This document shows, in pieces, positions 33,378 through 42,677 of a stretch of DNA of 64,000 nucleotides. The notes below the pieces were generated by a model. That model did not search any database. It was not told the DNA's origin and was given only the letters and a program-made list of their open reading frames with translations. Numbering within the stretch: the stretch's first letter is position 1; each line of letters starts with the position of its first letter. A program made the position numbers and the translations under genes. Source of the stretch: a phage. The DNA lies in sequence record PZ166176.1; one strand, given 5' to 3'.

Positions 33378-34060
33378 TATTTCTCCTTATCTAGAAGATT
33401 GTTAGACAAAAACACTGCACGAGCAAAACCACGTGCGGTTAGTGATCTAAGTTGTTTTGTTTTTGCACTAGCTCCACCTAAGCTTTTCCAACCCCAGAAG
33501 CAGCCTATATGATCTACTGGTTTCTTCACTGGTTGAACAAAACCATTGCCGTGCCAAATACAAGTTTTCTTTGTATACCCATCACGGGTAGGCATTTTAG
33601 GATGAAAGCTTCCTTCCTCTTCAAACAAATACCCACCATACTCATAAGGATCAAAGTAAAAATCGGGTTTACGCCATAAGGTTGAAAGTTTACCTACTGG
33701 GTTCTCAATCATCCAAGGAACATTATATTTGTTACCCAAAGCTTCCACTACACGAATATTAGCTAAAGCTTCATCCAATTCCTCTGTGCTGCGTTCGTGT
33801 TTGCTACCACTACCTGCTAACATAGTGCAAGGTGGAAATCCAAAAATAATATCGGGTTTAGGTATCCCATGATCTTCAGGGTTGAATGTAGAATCTATCC
33901 AGGCATTCACATAGGTTATGTTTGGGTGCTCCATCCTAACCTCGTATTTACCGTGATCCCCTTCATCAGCGTTTACACAAAAACACTTGTGACCTGCTTC
34001 GGCATAACGTAACACCATGATCCCAGATCCGTCAAACATAGACAAAACTGTTTTACTCAT
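33377..34060 (-). CDS. putative DNA (cytosine-5) methyltransferase, compact
   Basis: ATG at 34060 with SD ggagggg; motif I FDGSG, motif IV GFPPC, motif VI ENPVG; no obvious target-recognition domain. Confidence 0.55.
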   Translation of the reverse strand: MSKTVLSMFDGSGIMVLRYAEAGHKCFCVNADEGDHGKYEVRMEHPNITYVNAWIDSTFNPEDHGIPKPDIIFGFPPCTMLAGSGSKHERSTEELDEALANIRVVEALGNKYNVPWMIENPVGKLSTLWRKPDFYFDPYEYGGYLFEEEGSFHPKMPTRDGYTKKTCIWHGNGFVQPVKKPVDHIGCFWGWKSLGGASAKTKQLRSLTARGFARAVFLSNNLLDKEK

Positions 34061-34466
34061 TACCCCTCCATTCAAGACAAGCCATAACTTTACGCCAATC
34101 ACTTTCTGTAAGAAAAATCTCGTTTGCTTTCTTCCACAAATCTAAATCGTGAAGGGTTGGAATACGATATGTTAGTTCACAGAATCTATGCTCTTCTTCT
34201 GTAATATAACCAAAATGCAGAGCCACATCGTGAAACCAACACCAACCATGCATCTCTCGAACAACATGGTCATGTTGAGACATTATTTTATGCCGTAAAC
34301 CTAACCAACAAGGAACAGATACTTTAGTAGTCTTTAATCTGTGATCAACAGTATTAGAGTATTCAATAATAGCTGTCAGTTTCAATCGTGCTTTTTCTAA
34401 ATCCTCATGCGTCACTTTGAAATAACTTTCTGAAAGATATCCACACATATTAATAACCTCCTTCAA
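34053..34466 (-). CDS. hypothetical protein (137 aa)
   Basis: Overlap-coupled ORF. Confidence 0.6.
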   Translation of the reverse strand: MKEVINMCGYLSESYFKVTHEDLEKARLKLTAIIEYSNTVDHRLKTTKVSVPCWLGLRHKIMSQHDHVVREMHGWCWFHDVALHFGYITEEEHRFCELTYRIPTLHDLDLWKKANEIFLTESDWRKVMACLEWRGNE

Positions 34467-35391
34467 AAGGCTTTACTACATGTTGATTAGCTTTAAAACG
34501 TTCAACATAGTCGTTTTCGCCCATGTTTTCATATAGCTTAATAACAACATAAAAGTTTTCCCAAGCATATTCCCTAAACCAACCACTAGTGATGGACGTG
34601 CAGACTTTAGATAAAGCCATTATAAAACTTTGCTTAGGGGTTGGACCTCCGATCTCTCCACCGAAAGGAATTTGTGAACGTTCCAAAGCCAAAACACACG
34701 CTTCTTCATAAACACCTAACAGGCGCACATGTTTTGGTTGAGCAAAAAACTTTTCTTTGCTGGTCATAACTTCACTTCCATCTTTCATATAAGATTTATA
34801 TGCCGGAGCATCCATTACCGCGATTGCTTCATGGATAGAATCATGATCATAAACATACGGAACCTCATCACCTTTAAAAAAGTCTTTACTTTTTACGTTT
34901 AAGTTCGGATGAGAGTAAGTGTATGTTTCTTTCTCACGCAACTCATAAATACTCTTAAGATTTTCTGGGATCTTTGCGCCCAGTGACCGCATGAAATGAA
35001 TATCTTTCATAGTTTTAAAGAAGTGAGGACTATCCTTTTTAAAACGATGACTCATTTTAAGAAGGTAGAGCACATCTAAAGGAGCAACAACATGTCCAGC
35101 GTAAGTTCGACGAACATCATCAGAATCTTCACAATAACTAATCAAAGCTTCTGTGCTATCTCCTTGAGAAGCAATATCGTATTCCAAATGTGCACCAGCT
35201 ATCATTTTGACATGGCCTTTGTTTCCTTTACGTTCTACAAGTTCAACAAACTCATCTTGAGAGAACATTTTTGATAATTCTTCCCACTCTTGTTCTGTAC
35301 ACAGGTAATCTAAATCTACACAAGGGCGATACAAGTCTTTTCCCATATCCATAGCATGAATTTGTAATGCACGGCTACCAATTAACACCAT
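34450..35391 (-). CDS. hypothetical protein, possible minimal nucleotidyltransferase fold (313 aa)
   Basis: N-terminal LIGSRALQ...CVDLDYL resembles a GS...DxD nucleotidyltransferase motif; weak. Confidence 0.6.
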   Translation of the reverse strand: MVLIGSRALQIHAMDMGKDLYRPCVDLDYLCTEQEWEELSKMFSQDEFVELVERKGNKGHVKMIAGAHLEYDIASQGDSTEALISYCEDSDDVRRTYAGHVVAPLDVLYLLKMSHRFKKDSPHFFKTMKDIHFMRSLGAKIPENLKSIYELREKETYTYSHPNLNVKSKDFFKGDEVPYVYDHDSIHEAIAVMDAPAYKSYMKDGSEVMTSKEKFFAQPKHVRLLGVYEEACVLALERSQIPFGGEIGGPTPKQSFIMALSKVCTSITSGWFREYAWENFYVVIKLYENMGENDYVERFKANQHVVKPFEGGY

Positions 35392-35421
35392 AATATTTCT
35401 CCTCTATTGGTTGATAGGTTA

Positions 35422-35474
35422 AGTTTATCAAGCTTCCAGATTCCTGTCAATAAAAAACCCGCCGAAGCGGGTTA
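35422..35474 (-). promoter_or_regulatory. minus-strand terminator plus promoter unit
   Basis: Minus strand: aacccgcttcggcgggtt plus ttttttatt, then TTGACA-N17-TAAACT. Confidence 0.55.
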
Positions 35475-35481
35475 TTATTTA

Positions 35482-35754
35482 CTAACACATTGAGGAAGAA
35501 GAGATCCAAACACCTCTTGTGGTTAAACCATTTTCATCCAACTCTACACCATAATCTTCACAAATGAAATCAATATAGTGATCTGCGGCTGGCGTTCCTG
35601 TAGGGTAATAAGTTTCTCCGTTACCGTAGTCACCTATCCAAGCTTGTTCCTGAAACTGTTCACAAAGTTCTTCAATCTCCTTACGAAACTTTCTTTGTGC
35701 TTGTTCCATCTCTTTAACTTTCTTTTTTATCAGCAGTTCGCCTTCAGACTCCAC
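35482..35754 (-). CDS. small paralog with C-terminal W-x-SS-x-C motif, member 1
   Basis: Ends GVWISSSSMC; coiled-coil-like N-terminus. Confidence 0.6.
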   Translation of the reverse strand: MESEGELLIKKKVKEMEQAQRKFRKEIEELCEQFQEQAWIGDYGNGETYYPTGTPAADHYIDFICEDYGVELDENGLTTRGVWISSSSMC

Positions 35755-35763
35755 AATCTCTCC

Positions 35764-35982
35764 TTAACAGCTACTACTGTGCCAAACGCCTTGAGAATTA
35801 ACGACGAAACCATCATCACCTTCACCATAACAAGAAGAGGATTGCCAATCTTCAAAACAGATTGCGTCATTTTCTAAACTAAGACCAAAACCAGCATCTT
35901 CAGCTTCTTTTGTAAGTTCGTCCACTAAAGCCATAATAGCTTGGGCTTTTTCAGTTAATTCTTCAACATTACGATCACTCAT
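35764..35982 (-). CDS. small paralog with C-terminal W-x-SS-x-C motif, member 2
   Basis: Ends GVWHSSSC; internal ATG (MSDRNVEEL...) taken as start. Confidence 0.55.
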   Translation of the reverse strand: MSDRNVEELTEKAQAIMALVDELTKEAEDAGFGLSLENDAICFEDWQSSSCYGEGDDGFVVNSQGVWHSSSC

Positions 35983-36296
35983 TAGTATTTCTCCTCTGGT
36001 TGGAAAACTGAACGACAAGCCCACATACTAGCTTCTTTTAAATGTTTAATAGCACAACGGATTTGATCAATACGTTCGTATGTAAGATCTAATTCTTTTT
36101 CTGTGCCGTCAAAAGACCCATGATATGCTTCACAATACTCTTCCTCTAAAGCTTTGAAGATTAAACCTAAACGCTCTTCTGCATCTTTAATAGCGTTAAC
36201 CTTGCCAATCTTATCGTCAGTATGCGCCTTATAACCTTTGATATCTTCGATTCCCACTTTACCTCCTATTAACAACTTAAAGAAGATGGATGCCAA
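35982..36296 (-). CDS. hypothetical protein (104 aa)
   Basis: ORF. Confidence 0.6.
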   Translation of the reverse strand: MASIFFKLLIGGKVGIEDIKGYKAHTDDKIGKVNAIKDAEERLGLIFKALEEEYCEAYHGSFDGTEKELDLTYERIDQIRCAIKHLKEASMWACRSVFQPEEKY

Positions 36297-36466
36297 TTTG
36301 TTCCAGTATTCTCATTTTCATCTTCTGGATCATAATAGCCACCCATCCCATATTCAGGGGAGAAACGGAAACCTTTACCAGTCTCATCTGCTAACTGCTC
36401 TGCTTCCGCTAAAGCCTCATAAGCTGCTTTTACGGCTTCTTCTACTGTTTTAAACTTGGTCGTCAT
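36269..36466 (-). CDS. small paralog with C-terminal W-x-SS-x-C motif, member 3
   Basis: Ends NWHPSSLSC. Confidence 0.55.
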   Translation of the reverse strand: MTTKFKTVEEAVKAAYEALAEAEQLADETGKGFRFSPEYGMGGYYDPEDENENTGTNWHPSSLSC

Positions 36467-36740
36467 AAAATTTCTCCTCTCCTAAAGACATGTTGACATG
36501 AAATGCACGATATGTAAATTCGTTGTCCGTTGTGTTTGAATAAAACTCAAATTGAACAACACCGTCTTGAGAAGACAGATACATGCCAATTTGAACTGTT
36601 CCTTCTGGTACCAGGTAAGCATACTCTGGACGTAGTGTTACATTGTAAAAATAAAGTTCCCCAACACCCATTTCATCCCAAGCTTCCCAAGCGGTAACGA
36701 AGTTACTTTCAAAACTTGTTACTGATCCGAACTCTGCCAT
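36450..36740 (-). CDS. hypothetical protein (96 aa)
   Basis: ORF. Confidence 0.6.
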   Translation of the reverse strand: MAEFGSVTSFESNFVTAWEAWDEMGVGELYFYNVTLRPEYAYLVPEGTVQIGMYLSSQDGVVQFEFYSNTTDNEFTYRAFHVNMSLGEEKFYDDQV

Positions 36741-37231
36741 AAAACCTCCTCAATCTTGTAGTTTGACTCCATCTCCAACACATTTCCACGAACGTCTCTC
36801 CGAAGAAAGGCATAAGCTTTATTAGGTATTGTAGACTCATATTTAACCATATCTGGTACAGCAAAAGATACTACTACTCCTGCTGGGCTTCTGTCAAGAG
36901 CCTTATTAATATTTCTAAGGATATCGTTAGCCAAGATTTCTGCCAATTCTCCAAGAACGGTTTCGGTTATATCTTTATATCCCATTAAGTATTTGTTGAT
37001 ATCTTTCATCTCTGTATTGTTCAGAGTATAATCCAAAGGATAGAAATTCAAAGCGGAGTCACTTTTATGTGTCCACATGAAATGCACCCGATCCGAGCAG
37101 AATCGTAACCCTCTTTGAAGAATATCTTCTACAACAGGCAGAATTTCTTTTGTCACATCATTAACCATGTTGTAATCTAAGATTTCTGCCAAGTTTGTTC
37201 TTTGTTCACCACGTTTACGTTTAGGAATCAC
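36719..37231 (-). CDS. hypothetical protein (170 aa)
   Basis: ORF. Confidence 0.6.
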   Translation of the reverse strand: MIPKRKRGEQRTNLAEILDYNMVNDVTKEILPVVEDILQRGLRFCSDRVHFMWTHKSDSALNFYPLDYTLNNTEMKDINKYLMGYKDITETVLGELAEILANDILRNINKALDRSPAGVVVSFAVPDMVKYESTIPNKAYAFLRRDVRGNVLEMESNYKIEEVLWQSSDQ

Positions 37232-37802
37232 TTGTTATTGCCCTCATTACCAAAGGTCGTAGAAAATCGTAAATCTCTTGTTTTGTTTTCCCACGAATGT
37301 TTAAACAAGGAACATTATTGGCTTTAGCTATCTTCCAAGCCGTAGCTGTTCCACCTTTTGCATCTCCATGTTTATCAGTATTAGCACAAGCCAACAAGAA
37401 ACATGATGGAGCAGGATTCTCCAAATCTCTACCTAACACTTGATGCACATTACGTTGGTGCAATTTTCTAGCACCCTGCTTAAGCTTTTCATAGGCTGGG
37501 TGAACATCTTTGATCCATTGCACAGAAATAGCATAGTTCATTGTATCTGGTTTTGCAAGAACAATAACATCCCCTGGAATCTGATTACCTTTGAAATTTT
37601 CCCAAGGAACATAAATCTCCTTGTTAGTAGGATTTTCAGACTCTTGGACACCTGTTTCAAAAGCAGAATCACTACCCTCTGCCTTCCCAGACCTTAATTT
37701 AAACCCAAGGTTTGAAAGCCATTTCCCTATGCCTACCATCAAAGCCCACTCTTCTTCGGATATGTCTCTACTTCCAACTCCCGTATAGAACAGTTCTGCC
37801 AT
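37221..37802 (-). CDS. possible SLOG/DprA-LOG-like Rossmann-fold protein
   Basis: ATG at 37802 with SD gaggtga; motifs YTGVGSRD and RSGKAEGSDSAFETG resemble the GxGxR / SGGAxGxD signature; weak. Confidence 0.4.
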   Translation of the reverse strand: MAELFYTGVGSRDISEEEWALMVGIGKWLSNLGFKLRSGKAEGSDSAFETGVQESENPTNKEIYVPWENFKGNQIPGDVIVLAKPDTMNYAISVQWIKDVHPAYEKLKQGARKLHQRNVHQVLGRDLENPAPSCFLLACANTDKHGDAKGGTATAWKIAKANNVPCLNIRGKTKQEIYDFLRPLVMRAITSDS

Positions 37803-37809
37803 AATCACC

Positions 37810-38118
37810 TCAACAAGTAATTTCAAAAGGTGTATAGGGTTCCGTATTTCTCATGATCCAAGGACTGCTAGGATTGCTCGGATCATAAGGGCCAAAAGGT
37901 TTTATGGTAGGTTGTGTTTCTTTCTTCTGAATCTCTTCAAAAATACGACGAAGTTCAGAATATTCTTGATCCACCATAAGATTCGGTGCATCTGATTCTA
38001 CAGCTTGCAGGTTATCTTCCTTAAGAACAATCTCACGAACAAGATTAACATCTTCTGTTTCTAAGATAACTTCTTTACGGATATTGCCTACACTTTGAAT
38101 AATTGTAATCTTATACAT
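37810..38118 (-). CDS. hypothetical protein (102 aa)
   Basis: ORF. Confidence 0.6.
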   Translation of the reverse strand: MYKITIIQSVGNIRKEVILETEDVNLVREIVLKEDNLQAVESDAPNLMVDQEYSELRRIFEEIQKKETQPTIKPFGPYDPSNPSSPWIMRNTEPYTPFEITC

Positions 38119-38861
38119 TAATCCTCCTCAAGAGTTGAATAAAATTGAAGACCACCGTCCATATCGAAATAAGCAAATGTTAAGTTATTATTGAACACAG
38201 ATCCAGTATCCATATAAACACGATTCGCATTGATAATAGGTGTTTTTACATAAGAGTGTCCATGAAACACATAATCCACACCCATCACAACAGGAAGTTT
38301 CATTCCCTCTTTAGCACAATCCACCATATCTCTGTCCCACATAAGTGCTTCAGCAAAACGGTTTTCCTGTGTTTTTGTCATCTTCGAAGTGTATTCTGGA
38401 ATATCTGTTACAGGGAGATATTCCAAAGAAGACGGATACCCACCATGAATAAACGCAAGTTTCATGCCTCTGTAGTTAACAATGAGAACAACAGGTAAAT
38501 CTTCTGTCATCATTGCTAAGGCTGTAGCTCCTTCTTCACCACATTCTTCAAGGACCGTATATCCTCCATTTTGATACCAACACTCGAAGTAGCTACGATC
38601 TCCTTCCAGCATACCTTTAATCATCATGTCTTCATGATTTCCACGAATAGCGTAGCGATTGTGTTTACGAGTAAATTCTAAAACACAACGAAAGTTTTGC
38701 TTTCCACGGTCAGTAAGATCTCCTAGAGATACAACCACATCTGTATCTCGGATACCTAACTTTGCCTTTCCTTTTTCATACAAATTATAACAACCGTGTA
38801 GATCTCCAATTATAAAAAGATCTTGATCGCTTTTAACAGTAATTTCTCTGTGTATGATCAC
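38118..38861 (-). CDS. Ser/Thr protein phosphatase (calcineurin-like metallophosphoesterase)
   Basis: GDLHG, GDLTDRG, GNHE, GH motifs in canonical order. Confidence 0.8.
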   Translation of the reverse strand: MIIHREITVKSDQDLFIIGDLHGCYNLYEKGKAKLGIRDTDVVVSLGDLTDRGKQNFRCVLEFTRKHNRYAIRGNHEDMMIKGMLEGDRSYFECWYQNGGYTVLEECGEEGATALAMMTEDLPVVLIVNYRGMKLAFIHGGYPSSLEYLPVTDIPEYTSKMTKTQENRFAEALMWDRDMVDCAKEGMKLPVVMGVDYVFHGHSYVKTPIINANRVYMDTGSVFNNNLTFAYFDMDGGLQFYSTLEED

Positions 38862-39187
38862 TTATCCTCCTCAAAATCTAAGAAAATAAAAATATTCACC
38901 TTTCCTTCAATCTCTTGTTCTAAAACAAGATCGGCAAATTCTGCATAAGCTTTCTCTTCAACTTTTTCAATATGTTCTGCGGCATCTTTAAAAGGCGTAT
39001 CCCCATCCACCTTTACTAATAAGAAAAGAGATCGCATTTCGACGCTTTTACTGTTACGAGGAAGGAAATCTACAGCTTCAACAATTCTCCAACCCAAATA
39101 GCCAGGGGTTTTATGAATCTCCCCTAAATACTTTTCTAAGATTTTACGACCCTCGTCGATAAGGGCTTGTTCTGTAGTAATTTCCAT
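38858..39187 (-). CDS. hypothetical protein (109 aa)
   Basis: ORF. Confidence 0.6.
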   Translation of the reverse strand: MEITTEQALIDEGRKILEKYLGEIHKTPGYLGWRIVEAVDFLPRNSKSVEMRSLFLLVKVDGDTPFKDAAEHIEKVEEKAYAEFADLVLEQEIEGKVNIFIFLDFEEDK

Positions 39188-39197
39188 TCCTTCCTCC

Positions 39198-39788
39198 TCA
39201 AATTATTAACGAAACCGCATGACTAAATCTTGGTTCAGATATAACCTCTGCTACAGTCACATATGTATCGTGCAGCCAAAAAGATTCTACTCTACAAACA
39301 CAAATACCGTTGATAATGAAATCTATACAGGCTTTATTATTTTCGCACACTTGTTGACTATAAACAACTCCTAAAGAGTCATAAAGTGATCTCACTGTTG
39401 CTACCATTTCATCTGTTTCGTCTTCCTGTGAAACAAAGAAAACGAATACAGACAAGTTATTAGCGAAAGTATTGCTATTCTCTACTTCAACCGACTTACA
39501 AGGTAAAAAGGAGTAATATTTACCGTTAGGTATCAATTTCGCCTCAACCTGGTTAAGTACGCTTTGAGATGGTTTTGTTACATAAAAAAGATTTTCTGTT
39601 GGGTTTTCAACATTACTCCTTACTATGCAACGAGTGGGGTTCGAAGGATCAAAAACATGATCGAAATCGACACACACAGGTAAGTTAACAACTTTAAACT
39701 TTTTGCTAAGAATGCTTACTGCTGTAAAAATCAAACCAGCATTTATTTTGCCAGTGAAAGTTGAACGCATAACTACTCCTCGGATCAT
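39198..39788 (-). CDS. hypothetical protein (196 aa)
   Basis: ORF. Confidence 0.6.
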   Translation of the reverse strand: MIRGVVMRSTFTGKINAGLIFTAVSILSKKFKVVNLPVCVDFDHVFDPSNPTRCIVRSNVENPTENLFYVTKPSQSVLNQVEAKLIPNGKYYSFLPCKSVEVENSNTFANNLSVFVFFVSQEDETDEMVATVRSLYDSLGVVYSQQVCENNKACIDFIINGICVCRVESFWLHDTYVTVAEVISEPRFSHAVSLII

Positions 39789-39979
39789 TCTACCAAAGAG
39801 AATTCCGCCTCTTCCAGGTAGATTACAGACCTTGTTGCATGATATTTAACGCTCCAGAAATTACCTTCGCGCCGTAAAAGTATCTCATTCACATCAAGAT
39901 TGCTTAGAAAAACCATATAACTTAAAGCTTGTTGACGCGTTGAGAATTGTTTCTCTAAAAGTTCTTCTCCGCTCTGCAT
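39785..39979 (-). CDS. hypothetical protein (64 aa)
   Basis: ORF. Confidence 0.55.
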   Translation of the reverse strand: MQSGEELLEKQFSTRQQALSYMVFLSNLDVNEILLRREGNFWSVKYHATRSVIYLEEAEFSLVE

Positions 39980-40024
39980 AATCCCTCCTTAAAATACTCC
40001 CTCCGAAAAGGGAGTATAAGTATA

Positions 40025-40228
40025 TCACGTAGTTGTTATGTTGTCTTCTTGGATACTAGAATCCACTTCTGCAAACATATCTTCTGCACTGTAATTATTT
40101 CCAGTCCAGCGTGATAAAAGGATAGCACCAATCTCTTTTGCATGAGATTCGGACTCTGCATAAACGTTAGTCCCAGTGTCACCTTTTTTCTTTTCATGTG
40201 CATAAATGCAGTAATAATTGTAAGCCAT
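40025..40228 (-). CDS. hypothetical protein (67 aa)
   Basis: ORF. Confidence 0.55.
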   Translation of the reverse strand: MAYNYYCIYAHEKKKGDTGTNVYAESESHAKEIGAILLSRWTGNNYSAEDMFAEVDSSIQEDNITTT

Positions 40229-40464
40229 TAATCTTCCCAGTCATTGCCCTCGGTAGAGTGAACTAAAGCTCGCACGATACCACCGTAATCTACTGCCTGA
40301 TTTGCAGCATGTTCGGCATAAACTTCAATGGCTTTTTTGAAGAAAAGAGCAGTAGCTGCTTCAATATTATCCATTTCGCCATCTACGTCAGTAGAAAGTG
40401 AAAGGTTGAGGCTTTCATCTACTTCATCAAAATCAATAGCCACTGTCATAATTAGTTTACCCAT
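40228..40464 (-). CDS. hypothetical acidic protein (78 aa)
   Basis: ORF. Confidence 0.55.
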   Translation of the reverse strand: MGKLIMTVAIDFDEVDESLNLSLSTDVDGEMDNIEAATALFFKKAIEVYAEHAANQAVDYGGIVRALVHSTEGNDWED

Positions 40465-40476
40465 AGTTCACACTCC

Positions 40477-40986
40477 TTAAACAAAATAAAATGGTTGAGA
40501 GAGGCCCAAACGATTCTTTGGGTCGTATACATACCAAGCGTATGCTGTCTTATCTGTTCCACCTGCAACAAACGAAGGCCGTTCTGAAAGGACTATAAGG
40601 TTTGTTGGTGGATTCTTTTGATGGAACTCTCGTCGTTTCTTTGACTCCAAGAAGCCCAACCGAAGAAGATAAATACAAACATCCGCCTCTTTTAAGCTCT
40701 TTTCCAAGAACTCCATTGCTAACTTAAATGGAGGATTTGTGATTATAATGTCGGGACGATTTTCCCATTCATGACTAAAATAATCTTTACCTTCTTCAAG
40801 TTCGCAATATTCTGAACCTTCAGGAAAATGGCGATAAATCGCTTCAGCTTCACCTCTGCAAGGTTCTGCAAAAACCCAACCTTCTTCCTTTAGATTTTTG
40901 AAATCTATAACACTAAACAAACTATTGATTGCTTTTTGCGGTGTCGGATAATAATCGCTCGTTGGGCGATCATAATCTAATGCCAT
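40477..40986 (-). CDS. putative phage Dam-type DNA N6-adenine methyltransferase
   Basis: YYPTP, EPCRGE, DIIITNPPF (motif IV NPPF), ERPSF; size typical of the small phage Dam family. Confidence 0.6.
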   Translation of the reverse strand: MALDYDRPTSDYYPTPQKAINSLFSVIDFKNLKEEGWVFAEPCRGEAEAIYRHFPEGSEYCELEEGKDYFSHEWENRPDIIITNPPFKLAMEFLEKSLKEADVCIYLLRLGFLESKKRREFHQKNPPTNLIVLSERPSFVAGGTDKTAYAWYVYDPKNRLGLSQPFYFV

Positions 40987-41404
40987 CTAAAATCTCCTCT
41001 TTTGTAATATTATCCAACTCTTTAAAGGATGAAATCTCGTTTAATAATCCTATTTGATCAGCTTCTAGAGGATAAGTGTTTTTATCTGTTTTTCTAGACA
41101 GAATATCTTCAACAAACTTATCAATAGCCAAAGAAGAATCATAAAATTTTAAAAGTTGGTAATCCATAGGAGATATTTTGTCATCTCTTAGAAATATTTC
41201 TAACATGTTTTCAGGAGTGTCATGGTTTAGTTTATGTTCACCAAAAATATTAACTTCATAAACATCTTTGCCAAACCAACGTTTCTTCTTTTCAACAGTA
41301 TAGGTTTTTGCCACCAGACCATCTAAACAGTTTCTTGCCCTCTTACATGTTTGACGGTAAGAGTGGATAGCGCCTTCAACAAACTTAGCAGGAACTTGTA
41401 ACAT
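40970..41404 (-). CDS. hypothetical protein (144 aa)
   Basis: ORF. Confidence 0.6.
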   Translation of the reverse strand: MLQVPAKFVEGAIHSYRQTCKRARNCLDGLVAKTYTVEKKKRWFGKDVYEVNIFGEHKLNHDTPENMLEIFLRDDKISPMDYQLLKFYDSSLAIDKFVEDILSRKTDKNTYPLEADQIGLLNEISSFKELDNITKEEILDGIRL

Positions 41405-41427
41405 TATTAATCTCCTATGTTTAAGAA

Positions 41428-41445
41428 ATGCCCCCGAAGGGGCAG
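41428..41445 (-). other. UUCG-tetraloop GC hairpin between genes
   Basis: Minus strand reads GCCCCTTCGGGGGC. Confidence 0.45.
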
Positions 41446-41449
41446 TTTG

Positions 41450-42142
41450 TTAAATAGCGGTTCCTTCGAAATCCGCCACATTTACGAGATTAATATTTTC
41501 AGATTTAGAAGTCAAGTTGTTTTCTGCAACAGATTTTTCTTCAGTATCCGCCTCGTTACCTGCCACGTTACGAGGTTCTTCTTCACCGTAGGGATTACCG
41601 AATTTCAAAAGATTGATCAATTCTTCTTTGGAGAAGTTTTCTAAATCATCATCTGTTAATTCAATAATCTCGTCTTGTTCTTCAATAAATGTTTCACCAC
41701 CAGAAAAAGCATCTCGCTTTTTAGCTACTTCCATAGCCTGTTCTGGTGTTGCCCCTGCATCAAGAGCAGCTAAAGCAAAATCTGACCCACTCCCTACTGC
41801 ATAATATTCTTCATCAATCGGGTATGCACGTGTTGGGTTGTTACCTTCGTGCAGGAAAATACGTCCGTCTGGATGAACAACAAGTGCAATAAACTCTTCA
41901 TCTTCTTTATCTGGATCAGAGTGAATCATCAAACCAGGGACAGCATCACGTGCTGCTTCGCACTGTAGATTTTGTTCAAACCATTGAAAGAAAGAAAGCA
42001 CGGAGGTCAGACGACCAGCACCACCTACAAGGTAATCTCCAATTTTTCGGACCTTTTTGAAATTAATAGAATCTACACGCCCACCAAAAGTTACCTTACC
42101 GTCACTCAAAATCTTATTTTTGGTTGCAATAATTGTCGTCAC
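41450..42142 (-). CDS. HslV-like N-terminal-Thr peptidase with acidic C-terminal extension
   Basis: MTTIIATKNK (Thr2), KKVRKIGDYLVGGAG, AVGSGSDFALAALDAG match HslV blocks; about 60 extra acidic residues. Confidence 0.7.
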   Translation of the reverse strand: MTTIIATKNKILSDGKVTFGGRVDSINFKKVRKIGDYLVGGAGRLTSVLSFFQWFEQNLQCEAARDAVPGLMIHSDPDKEDEEFIALVVHPDGRIFLHEGNNPTRAYPIDEEYYAVGSGSDFALAALDAGATPEQAMEVAKKRDAFSGGETFIEEQDEIIELTDDDLENFSKEELINLLKFGNPYGEEEPRNVAGNEADTEEKSVAENNLTSKSENINLVNVADFEGTAI

Positions 42143-42645
42143 TATTCTTCCTCCTCTGTTAATGTTTTAAGAACCGCTTTCCCGCCATTCACATATTTGC
42201 AGATGTATTCTATCGCACGTAGTGTCTCTTTGTCAACAAAAATTTGATCAGACGTTGCGAGCGGGTTATTAAGAAGATCACTGCAATCACGAACAAGCAG
42301 TGCTTTCTTATTAAACAAATTACTTAAGAACAGTAACTTCGCCTCTTCTTCTGTTATGTGCAGAAGGCTAGGATCGGAGCCAGCTATTCCTATTATACAA
42401 TCAAACAAGCTTTCTTTACTATCAGAAAGTTCTTGAAAATGGTTTAAAAGCCAATCTTCTCCTAGACACCAACATTTAAACATTTCCAGTTTATCTCGGA
42501 GGGTCATATTCTCTAAAGTAAGAGCAATCTCTTTTTCAATATGGTTTACACAAATTTGACGAAATTCGTTAGGTTTTACGAGTCCCGTTTGATAGCACTC
42601 ATCTATACCGCTTCTTCCGATAGCTATTGTTGCTACACCCATCAA
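42142..42645 (-). CDS. hypothetical protein (167 aa)
   Basis: ORF. Confidence 0.6.
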   Translation of the reverse strand: MMGVATIAIGRSGIDECYQTGLVKPNEFRQICVNHIEKEIALTLENMTLRDKLEMFKCWCLGEDWLLNHFQELSDSKESLFDCIIGIAGSDPSLLHITEEEAKLLFLSNLFNKKALLVRDCSDLLNNPLATSDQIFVDKETLRAIEYICKYVNGGKAVLKTLTEEEE

Positions 42646-42677
42646 TCCTCCTTATAAATGGCTTCCCTGCCACATTA

